A DNA stretch of 63,352 nucleotides, filler included, from Sphacelaria rigidula (lineage: Eukaryota), in NCBI GenBank assembly GCA_964200075.2. It is 11 parts of 11 records of this genome, joined end to end, with 100 filler letters (N's around TTAATTAATTAA, not from the genome) between each part and the next. Parts side by side here need not be neighbours in the genome. Positions count along the whole stretch, not along the records: positions 23,077 to 28,744 come from CAXNAA020025419.1; positions 28,845 to 34,512 come from CAXNAA020025420.1; positions 34,613 to 40,280 come from CAXNAA020025421.1; 8 more parts are not named here. One strand, given 5' to 3'. The translations under genes and the position numbers were made by a program. The notes below the pieces were generated by a model. That model had not been told where the DNA came from and did no database searches. It saw nothing but the letters and a program-made list of their open reading frames with translations. This document shows, one piece after another, positions 26,863 through 37,220 of this stretch. Within the stretch, counting starts at the first letter, position 1, and the number at the start of each line of letters is the position of its first letter.

Positions 26863-27159
26863 AAGTTGGGCGCTCGGACCAGAGACGTGAAAACAGCATT
26901 CTTTCGCCGTAGGGTTCATGAGGCCAGTCCATCCTAACAACGGAGAAGTAGCAAAGGATGTCTTCTTCAAGACAGACGGGACACACGGAAAAAAACAATT
27001 CGGTTACTTGGTGTACATAATAATCATTGGGCAACAACGTCGGGGGGAGGGGGGTGTACTCATGATCATGCATGCCGTAGTCATAAGACCATTGACCTCG
27101 CATCCCTACAAAGTCGGGACGGAGCACGCCGGGTCATCGCCGGACCAGGCTCGGGTGGG

Positions 27160-28555
27160 TGTACTCATTTTCTGCTTGCCTTAGTCGTTTGATCGTTGAC
27201 CACACATCCCTTCTGAGGCGGAGCACCCTTCCCACTCCTAGTAGAGACACCTTCAACTTTCCGGCGCCCATTACATTTCTTCCACACATTACACAAAAAT
27301 ATTTTACATATCTTATCCCCGTCCTGTTTCGCCGTCTCAAGCCACCATCTATCTCCTAGTATAGCCATCGTTTTCTCCCTACTGTCTACTGCATCAAACG
27401 ATTCCATGTCATCTTCATCCACGTCCCGCATTTCCCTCCTTCAGCACGTCCCGTTTTTCCATATAAAGTCCACATTCTGCCACTATATGACTATTGCTCT
27501 CTATTGCTTTGCCACAGGGGCAGTTCTGTCCATCTATTTTCTCTTCCTTCCGACGACTGGTATATCTCTTCACGGGTGGCCACTGGGGTGCCTGTAATCT
27601 CAAATTTGGACGTTACAGACCTTGTGCAACGTCTGTAACGTCCAAATTTGAGGTTGAAGGCACCCCAGGGGCCACCCGCGTTCTTTCTGGCAGGTCCAGG
27701 TCCCCCACCCGAAATCCCAGTTTTATATTTTTCGCAGCGTCCATTGGGCCATGCAAATATGATTTCATCCCTATCCCCTCTCTCAACCACCCGTATATCT
27801 CCAGGTGTTCTTCTTGGTCTACTTTGCGTCTGAGCGTTCCTATTCTCTCATTTCTATCATGTCCCTTACTTTTGTCTCGTACACCGCGCCTTCATCTATG
27901 GACAGTATTTCGTCTTGGCTTCCTCCTATCTCCTTCCATACTTTCTCCACTTCTTTATCCCACCTTAGACCAGCCTCTCATTTCGTACTTTTCTTTCATA
28001 CAGCCTTATCAACTATAGCTGGCAACCTCTTTCTCTGCATGTTCTTCATGCTATACTGCCATCGCCATTTTCTCATGTCCCTGTTCGTTTTAAGTGAGTA
28101 CATTCCCAACTCTGCTCTCAAAACTGTATTACAAGTCGTTTTCGAGCGTCCAAGTATCCTCTTAGCTGCTGCCATCTGTACTGTTTCCAACCTCTCCACC
28201 AACTTCACGTTCCCCTCCCATACTTCTCCTGCATATTCCAGCTTTGGAACAATTGCATTTATCAAGATACATCTCTTCGTCCTAGTGTCTAGATGCGAGT
28301 CTCTGGGGATCACGTCCATCCTGCATATCTGCGTCTTAATTACCCCTTTCGATTACTTTGTTAATGAGTACATCCCAAGAACAGTTTTTGGAGACCTCTA
28401 CGCCACGGTATGCATACTGGTCTACGATCAGCAGTTCCTTTTCTCCCCACTTCTACTTGAGCTCTACCGGATTTTTCTCATCTTCGCTACAGACGAGTAC
28501 CGCGCATTTGTTGATATTCGCTGCCACTCTCCATGTCCTAATGTGTTCCGGGGGA
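27160..28555 (-). mobile_element. Decayed non-LTR retrotransposon (LINE), 3' part of RT ORF with C-terminal CCHC finger
   Basis: The minus strand reads WRVAANINKCAVL...VDQYAYRGVEVSKNCSWD...INAIVPKLEYAGEVW...LETVQMAAAKRILG...VLRAELG...CPCGKAIESNSHIVAEC, with stops and frameshifts. Confidence 0.88.
27573..27678. mobile_element. 106-bp hairpin mini-MITE inserted in the LINE
   Basis: CGGGTGGCC...GGCCACCCG with ~48-bp arms. Removing it plus 2 bp restores the LINE frame DLPERTKRYTS. Confidence 0.75.
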
Positions 28556-29944
28556 AACATCATGCACTCGAAGAGAAAGCGCAAGACACTCCTTCATGAA
28601 TCGCAAAAACGTCAAGGCAACCTTCCCCCCTCCTCATCACTAGTAGCAATACAAGCAGCAAAGCAAGGAGTCAGGGGGTGGGGGGGGGGGGGGGCGACCT
28701 CATTTGTTGTTTGGATAGGGCGGTGGCCGGTTGACCCGGCAACCNNNNNNNNNNNNNNNNNNNNNNNNNNNNNNNNNNNNNNNNNNNNTTAATTAATTAA
28801 NNNNNNNNNNNNNNNNNNNNNNNNNNNNNNNNNNNNNNNNNNNNCATCCATAGCGCCACCGCTACGGCCTTAAACGAAAATCCGGCTATGTCACTCTCTT
28901 CGTCTCTTCATTGCGGTCAGTATGATACCATATATGCGACTATTGGGTGCGTATTGCGGAAGGCATTTGCTGATGACACAATTTTGGGTGATCACCGTGA
29001 ACCAGCTTGTAGTAGGGAAGGAAATTATCAACCTGTGAACAGGATCAATCAAGTTGAGTGTGAACAACAAAAAAAATATCGGGTTTAGTTCTGCTACCCT
29101 GAAACCTTACGTGACGTATCCTATGGAAACCCCTTGAAACAAAGGTCCTCGCCCGTTTTGTCCTTCCGTTGGTCCCACGAAGCGCAAGCGTAGCACTGTA
29201 GGAACGGACGGTCGTCAGTAGTGCCAGAACCGGCACTAGTGAGGTATTCAGAGCCCTCAATTGCACTTGTTTTGGCACTTTTCAGAGAAGTGCCGGGCTC
29301 TCTGAGTAGTGCCGGTGTCCGTGGTGGGCACATGCCGGCACTACTGGAAGCCCCCCACCGTATACAAAAAACGCAAGTATGTAGAGATCATACGTTGATG
29401 ATGCCTGGAAGTAGTCGGTTGGCATTTCGTAGGACCTCAAAACATCACAATCTGAATCTGTATCGCTATAATCACTTACTTGCTCACCCAGCAGGGTGTG
29501 TATTATGCAGATCTATTCTGGTACTACTATAACATGACCTGATGATCATCCGCTGCTACGAATCCAGCCGCGTTCGCAGGACTGACGTCAAGGTAAAAAC
29601 ACATGATGGCTCATCGTGACAAGAAGAGATACAGAAACTTACACAAAACCGCTCGAATAGAGAATCAAGCGAGAAAATCAGAAAAACAAAACATCAAGCA
29701 ACCGGAGATGAAAAAACGAAACAAGGCAAAAACAAAAAAATCGAGAACAAAACTACAGAACAGCAGTAAAGCCAGGTAGGGCCACCGAATTTGTGGACGA
29801 GGTCACAAGCTTGTTTCACCCTCCGCGCCTCTTAAAATTCACAACGTCTCCAGGTCTCTCCTGGTCTCTGATTCCCTCGTTTTTCTTTTTTGCTACTGGT
29901 GACGCCAAGAAGAGGTGAACATACGTCAGGGTACGGCACACTAT

Positions 29945-31482
29945 GGTGACGTGACGTTTGTGACGTGTAACATTACGCGAAGATCTCGACCGCCCAGATG
30001 CTGAGCATGTAGGCGAGGACTCAGAGCGGCCAGAGGCTGCGCCTCCCCCTGCTGCTGCGGCCCCCTCTGGTCAAGCAGCCACCCCTCCTGCACTACCCTC
30101 TCCTGCAGCACCCTCTCTGCGATGCCATACTCCGAAGGGGCACCTTGCGCCGCGCTCATCGTTACTGTATCTCGTCGCTTGCTACGTGCTACGTGTTACT
30201 TAAGACGTCGCTCCCGCCCTGTCTGTGCTATCGAAGTTAGAAATTCGAAATTCGGAAATTCGAAACTAGTACTTTCGGATTTTCGATATTCGCTTTTACG
30301 TTTACAGATTTTCACGTGTTCTATGGTTGGGTGTGGTGCGGCGGTACATGCTGTGGCGCTGAACATGCGTTTACATCGCGTGCGTATTATGATGGCGTAT
30401 GCACACTATTCTTGAACCCATGTATGATATCATATACTACGGAGTAATATATTCATGTATGTGTAGTACATGTATGTGCCTACGAATCTCACACGGCAAG
30501 TATTGCGGTAATTGAGTGTGATGTTTGTGACGCTCATTTAGACGTCGTAAACATGTATCGTACTTCCTCTGTCCCACAAAATAAGCCCGTTTGGAGGTTT
30601 TGCCGCATTTCTCCTGCGTATTTTCGGCTTTTCCGGAGCGTTTTTGTTGTTGTTCTCGTGAAGGTTTGGAGCAGAACTCGAAACCGAGGCTTTTGCCGAG
30701 CCCCCGATAGACAAGCAGCTACTCTCACGACAATTTGAGTGTGCCGGTCGTTCACAACCGGAATCTACCGGTTGACAGCCTTCCCATCGGTTCTTGGAGA
30801 AACATTCTTTTCATGGTTCCCGAGGCGTAACCGCCTGAAACCGTCATTTTTCAGTCTGCCGCCACCACAACACTACTACTTAAGCCCGCAGCAGTCCGTA
30901 CATACCAGATTCGGGGATATGCGCGCCCATCCCGGAGACAATATCATGTTGTTCCCGGGTCTGAAGGGCCTTGTTCTTACACATGTCCCAAACACCTCGA
31001 AACACACTACCGTGGGTCTGAGCATCGGAAAAAAGTGCTTTGTACCCCCCGTATCGCACATTGAGCCAAAGTTCTGCCACAACTCTGGCTCTCCTTCGGA
31101 AAGTCTCACTACATCAGGCCACTTTGTGATTTTTTCACGCCAGGGATGATAACATGTGATCCCCTGAGGATTGTTTTCAAAGATGATGGCAACCAGATGT
31201 GAAATACATGTTAAAATGTCGAAAACAACTGTATTTGGTACGTTATCGCAATATTTCACCGCGGGTTTATCCAATGAGGTTTCCCAAGCGGGCTTATCTT
31301 GTGGGACAGAGGAAGTGTAAAGCATGTTACACGTCACAAAATACACATGGAAAAAAACGTTGATGTGGCGTATCAATTAAAGTACGTCACGTCACGTCAC
31401 ATTTGTGGCGTCTCCGTGAAAAATACGCCACGTCACGTCACATCATTGTGGCGTGACGTTTGTGACGTGTAGCGTTCGTGTG
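29945..31482. repeat. Complex repeat with GTGACGTGACGTTTGTGACGTGT motifs in both orientations and an internal inverted pair (30540-30596 / 31282-31340)
   Basis: ACTTCCTCTGTCCCACAAAATAAGCCCG vs CGGGCTTATCTTGTGGGACAGAGGAAGT. Confidence 0.55.
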
Positions 31483-31654
31483 GCTTGTAAGGTAAAGAGT
31501 CCTGTAACATTTCGACTCAAACTCCTAGAATTGGACGGGACAGTCCACTTTTTTTGTGTGAAACCGCTGCACCCCGGTAACCTAAGTGATATAAGAGACT
31601 CCTGTTACAGACCGGTTCACGCCTGCCACCCAAAATTGTGTCATCACCAATAAG

Positions 31655-32074
31655 AAGAGTGGATTTTCGACAATGGGGTTGAAAAAACAAATGAGATTCA
31701 ACTCAGAAGCCGTGCTTTCCCCAACCTAAATTCACGCCAAATGACTTTCATATGGACGACCTCATCCCTCCCGACCCCCATAAAACTATTTCGGGGGATT
31801 TCTATCCTTCCGTTCCCCCAAAGGGTATCTGCGAAAGCACGATTTTTGGGTCAAAAAACGTCATTTTTCCACCCCAAGATTGAGGCAAAAGAGTGCTTTC
31901 GCACATACCCTTTGGGGGAACGGGAGGCTACAAATCCCCTGAAATAGTTTTGGAAGGTCGGGAAGGATGAGGCCGTCCGCGTGAAAATCATTTCCCATTA
32001 CTTTGGTCAGGGAGAGCACGGCTTTTGAGTTGAACCTCATTTTTTTTTAACCCCATTGTCGAAAAGCCACTGTT
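31655..32074. mobile_element. Foldback MITE, same family as 12017-12435
   Basis: Long TIRs, colinear with the contig-3 copy. Confidence 0.85.
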
Positions 32075-34187
32075 AAATGCCGTTCGCAGTACCTACCCAA
32101 AAGTCAATAGTCGCGTACACGATAACATATATAATATATATACTGATCACCATGGACAGCTAAAGAGTGCGGCGTATCCGGATTTCTGTTTAATGTCATA
32201 GTATTGGCGCTAAGGGCGAAAATGTACCTCGACCAATCAGCGCCCCTCAAATTATTTCGAAATCGGAAATACTAAATATGACAAGCCCCTTTTTTCAGGG
32301 GTGGTAAAAGACGTGATGCTAACGGGTAACCGCATGAGCAGTCTGCCAGCTTCGGGGAGGATGATTGCTCTGGTGGAGGATAGTCCACAAGTTTGTAGCG
32401 TTTCTGCTCAGCCTGTGTGCAAACTCTACTGCGCAAGTCAGGTGTACGCCAATCGATCATACGCGTTGTTAGGTATCTGTTCACACCACCATGATGTAGC
32501 CCACGAAATATAAGTGATGAGCGCAACTAGGGTATGTACTGTCTGTCGTGGTCAACATGATTCCGACTCGGACGCAGAAACGTGGCAGATCAGATGCAGG
32601 GTGCTTTTTGTACACATAAGCAGTGCTGTCACGTGTTCTAGCAAAATCTCCGCACAAACGAAGGAAGTCGGATTCATGTGCCTTCGTGACCAAGAAAACA
32701 GGAAGGTATGCCGGACTTACAGGCGACGAAGGTGACAACAACGCGCATCTCCCGGCATCAAGATACTGACAGATGTGTACATTTCCAGCGGCAAAACCCA
32801 ACCGTCGGTAATTTCGCCGCTTCTCACAGAAATCCTCCTGATAATACTGGCTATTGGGCACAAAGAAGGCTTCTTCTGCACACCCAAGTCCGCCGTACAG
32901 TACATGTAGGACATGGTGAACTCGTATTTTACTTGGCACGGTTCTTGAAAACCGTAGACCCAGAATTTGTTCTAGTACACATACATGGTTGCAGTATAAG
33001 GCCAAACACCGCAGCAATGTGTCGTGAGACGTACAACGAAAGTTGTGTACACAAGTATACGGCACGAAAATAGTAACATTTTCACACCAGATCTTGGACT
33101 ATTTCGAGACTCGACGTTTTTTCACGCTACATGTATGCTTTTATTCGCAGCATCACCAGGGAAATGTATTCGCTTCCGGAACATGACTCGACTACCCGCA
33201 CCCTACCACACACAATATAACTGAACCTATCTCGAAGTATTGGATACAGCAGCTACGCTCATGTTGCGTGTATTGGTTGAGACCGCCATGAGATCTATCT
33301 CGGCACCAACCAAGATAACGGATATCTTCGTAGTAGTACTGAGTACCAGAACGGCTGTCGCGCGCCCCTTGTTAACAACGACAAGACGACAACCTCGCCG
33401 TAATCTCCACTGACGCGGAAGAGAGAGCTCATCAACTCATCATTTGCCTAACGACGCACTTTCTACACTAGTCGCTCACAAGACAGTAGCACCGCCCGCC
33501 GTGCTTTTCCTTTTGAGAAACAGGAAACCTTGCGGTTGTCACGAAAGACGGCACACACCGGACAAGGTCAACCATAGCATCAAAAACACCGGCAAGGGCA
33601 GCCATTTGGTCGCTCCAGACGCGTTGTTCACCATGGTGAGTTCCTCTTCGGTGATTTCATCGGTGTATACAAATAAGCCTTGACCAGGAAGAGTGCGGGA
33701 TCGAGACGAGCTGCACGAGTACAGTATTCCACAACCATCACACGAAGTGAAGCGTTGTCAAAGATGCACACACACACACACACACACAGGTAGGACAGAG
33801 CAAAACACAACAACTACCTACACCGGTGTAAGAGTGCAGCTTTGTAGGGAATGCTCTAAAATGTATTGTGCTCTTGTCTCGACTCATTCGGTATCAGCGA
33901 AGGCTTCGGGCTCTTCTGTATGGTTTTTCAGGATTGCTGAATCTGTTCCCCACGGAGTTGTACAGCGATGAGACTGTATGTTCTGTGTGACGTATGCAAA
34001 CCGCCCAGGACTAAATGTTGCAGAATTATATCGCACGTGTACATGTATAACACATATTTATCGGCTCAAATGGTCTCCTTCGCGGCCAATTGGTGAAGCC
34101 ATCGTGCTCGCATGTGATTATGATGAGTAGGTACGTGTTATACAGGGAGTCGATTCTTCTTACATTGAGCACTATCGTTAGAACGCG

Positions 34188-34255
<68 letters not shown>

Positions 34256-34440
34256 GCTGTTGCTGTTGCTGTTGTTGTTGTTGTTGTTGTTGTTGCTGTT
34301 GCTGCTGTTGTTGTTGTTTGTGCTGTCATCCAATCTGTTCCGAATGCCGGTCTACACCTTTCGATAAACTGTATATGGGTGCATCAGCCGGAGTCACACA
34401 GGAGGAAGGCTAACACCGGATTTTTTCCTTCCTTCTTTTG
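34188..34440 (-). mobile_element. 3' part of SINE family A with a long (CAA)/(CAG) microsatellite tail
   Basis: GCATCAGCCGGAGTCACACAGGAGGAAGG matches the family A tail; (TTG)n at 34188-34318. Confidence 0.78.
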
Positions 34441-34449
34441 TGTTGGTAA

Positions 34450-34512
34450 GCCGCTCGCCTCGGTGGCTCAGTTGGTAACCTCGTACCCGTCTGATGGTTG
34501 AGTTGTGGGGTT
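34450..34512 (+). mobile_element. tRNA-like head of SINE family A (truncated by contig end); another at 40203-40280
   Basis: A box TGGCTCAGTTGG; the 40203-40280 copy also shows the B box GGTTCGATTCC; both match the head of 3995-4356. Confidence 0.75.
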
Positions 34513-35413
34513 NNNNNNNNNNNNNNNNNNNNNNNNNNNNNNNNNNNNNNNNNNNNTTAATTAATTAANNNNNNNNNNNNNNNNNNNNNNNNNNNNNNNN
34601 NNNNNNNNNNNNAAAACCATGCACCTTTTTTTTTGGGGGGGGGTATCGTAGAAAGTGTCTAACCCTCCTATTTATTTCACCTACCGTAACACAGCCCGGA
34701 CGTAGACCTGAAATACCAAAGCTCACCCTCCCTTTTCTTTGGCCTACCAAACCACAGCGCAAACATGAACGTGGAATCGCGAAAAATATCAGATCTACTG
34801 TTCCATATCAAGTCGGAAAACAACCGAGATCCTACTCTCCAACATCAAATCAAACGTAAGACAAGTATAAATCCACAACCTAGACAAGTCAACAACGGCG
34901 TGAAGGTTGTCCGCCTTACATGCAAATCTAGAGTGTAGGAGATACAACCAGTACGGGTAGGGTAGGGTAATCACACCCTCCATGTCAAACTCACATGGAG
35001 GTTGGGTTCTCGTGGTGAGATACCCGTGAAACTTCACCGGTTTCCAGTAGGCGGTGGAAGTCTGGTCAGCCGTTTCCAGAAATTTCCGACATCAGGTGCA
35101 AGAAGCGCCTAACGAAGGGATGGGGTGGACTATGCATAGCATAAATTCCAACACCTAATGCATTCATGAAACAATCACCTTACCGATGGCCGACCACATG
35201 ACCTACGAGAAGGAGCACCAAGCGGTACGTAGATTTCTTGAGATCTGAATGAAGGACAGAAGCTGGTACAAAGTGTGGGGGAATCGTTGGCCAAGCTTTC
35301 GGCAGCGGAGGTCTACTCGGGAGCGCCAATGGAGTAGCGACCCATAGCGAATTGTATACGGAGTGGAAGAGTGATGTACGTGACATCCCGGTGTGAGTAA
35401 GACCTTGTAATAT

Positions 35414-35798
35414 TGTAATGCGTGAGAGGACCGCGTGCTTAGAGAACCGCGCCGTAGTTCAAAACACCCCAGAATCGACGTTTTTCAAAACCAATCGGGT
35501 CAGTCCCTGCAGGTACCACGCCCCTGACTACAACCCCAACACTAACCCTGACCCTGGCCCTAACCATATGGGTGTTTAAATTCCGATACGATCCTCTAAG
35601 CACGTGGTCCTCTCACGCATTACAATATTGCTGTGCGCTTTGTAGGACTGTAATGCGTGAGAAGATAGCGTGCTTAGGGGACCGCATCGGAATTCGAACA
35701 TCCCTAGGGTTAGGGTTATGGTCAGGGGCGCGGTACCTGCAGGGACTGGCCCGATCGGTTTTGAAAAACGTCGATCCTGAGGTGTTTTGAGCTACGGC
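35414..35798. mobile_element. Two adjacent oppositely oriented copies of the telomere-repeat-bearing MITE (35414-35624 complete; 35649-35798 truncated)
   Basis: TGT...ACA termini with ATAT on both sides of the complete copy. Confidence 0.8.
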
Positions 35799-36011
35799 AG
35801 CACATTCAATAGAGATGGCGTAGATTGTGCAGTAGCTCCTACTAACTGTTTCATGTTATTGCACTCAGTAGCTGGTGAAGAGTATTTCTCTGCACGGTAC
35901 AGGAGCAGTAGTGCAGTATAGGCTGTACTTCATGCAGATGGATTCTTATCGAGACATACCTGCTCAAGTCGCGCCAGTATTGCCCCGGGTTTATCAAGGC
36001 TACGAAAGCAT

Positions 36012-36490
36012 GAACCAAATCACTATAATAATAAGATGGAAGTGGTAGGGACGTCTGCGCGGCGGGCTCGAAGCCAGGGGCGACCTCTATCACATCTAAA
36101 ATCGAGTAGTCATCTTGTCAACCATAAATATACGGCCAAAGCTCCACGTCTACTGCAAAGACAACCGACCCTTGCTGTGTAATGTGGGTACATCGTCAAA
36201 GAAGCCGCATCTATACATCCATACAGACAACATTAATGCATTCATACATATCCAAATCACTATAATAAGATGAAGTGGCAGGGACGTCTGCGCGGCGGGC
36301 TCGAAGCCAGGGGCGACCTTCCTCACATCTAAAATCAAGTAGTCATCTTACCAACCATAGATATACGGCCAAAACTTCACGTCTCCTGCAAAGACAACCG
36401 ACCGTTGTTGTGTGATGTGGGTACATCGTCGAAGAAGCCGTATCCATACATCCATATACAAACAGCATTCATACATTCATACATGCAACG
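36012..36490 (-). repeat. ~240-bp tandem duplication containing a tRNA-like segment (possible third SINE type)
   Basis: The two units are highly similar. The minus strand reads GGCCGTATATCTATGGTTGG...GGCTTCGAGCCCG (A/B-box-like). Confidence 0.6.
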
Positions 36491-37062
36491 TAACCCATCA
36501 TCCACCGCGCGCCCTCCAAACCGTCACAAACTCACTCGCAATAAATACCATATGCGGCCATCTCTCACGACACGCGTTTTCGGGTAGCCACGCTCACACG
36601 CGAGACTTCATTCGAAATGATGTCGCGCGATTCGAGGCCCAAGCGGAATCACGGATAGAAATCAAATCATTACGATAACATGATATACTGCAGCGATGCA
36701 GGCACCAGGTGACATCTTCCTCGACGACACAAATCATGCAGCATTTCACAAAGCGGCACTACGTGGATTGGGGTGGCAGTAGAGTATAGCACAGCACAGC
36801 AGAGTTCAGGAGGTGCCTTATCTCATGGGCTTTAGCCTGCACACAGCTTGGAGCCACCATTCCCAGCGCGGCAGGTAGGGTTGTGAAAATTTCAAAGATG
36901 AGGCTCGTGGATCTTGTGAATCCATATACAACTACATTACAGCAAGAATGTAAAGATATGTAGAGTGTATCGTGAAGAGTGTTTCGTGATGGTAAGACAC
37001 CAAGCACAGGACCAAACCGGGGCAGGCGGTGCAAAACAGCTCATTATGCAGTGGAAACTCAC

Positions 37063-37220
37063 GCTTGCTGGAAGACTGGAGTGTAGTAGAAGGTGCGGCT
37101 GACAGGTGCCATCATGAAGGCGTGGCCCTCGACGTGCTGGGGAAGCAGGCCAAGGAAGAACCCGCTGATGCAGACTGCGGCCTGCACCCACGCTGGTGTA
37201 CATGTAGGTCCTCTTGCCAT
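37063..37220 (-). CDS. First exon of a secreted protein with an LPMO-like N-terminal histidine motif
   Basis: MARGPTCTPAWVQAAVCISGFFLGLLPQHVEG/HAFMMAPVSRTFYYTPVFQQ then a gtgagt donor: a hydrophobic signal peptide with a V-x-G cleavage site followed by H-x-x-M-x-x-P-x-S-R. Confidence 0.55.

Noticed and set aside
27805..28599. 264-aa plus-strand ORF
   Set aside because: Antisense shadow of the minus-strand LINE RT.
34090..34413. Poly-Cys ORF (and poly-Thr/Asp/Asn/Val ORFs at 26541-27127)
   Set aside because: Translations of microsatellites.
34995..35202. Downstream exons for the LPMO-like gene
   Set aside because: The candidate long exon has stops in all three frames when read from the best acceptor, and there is no LPMO motif.
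7247..37220. Redox/stress gene cluster (pirin + GST + LPMO-like)
   Set aside because: The genes lie on different, artificially joined contigs.
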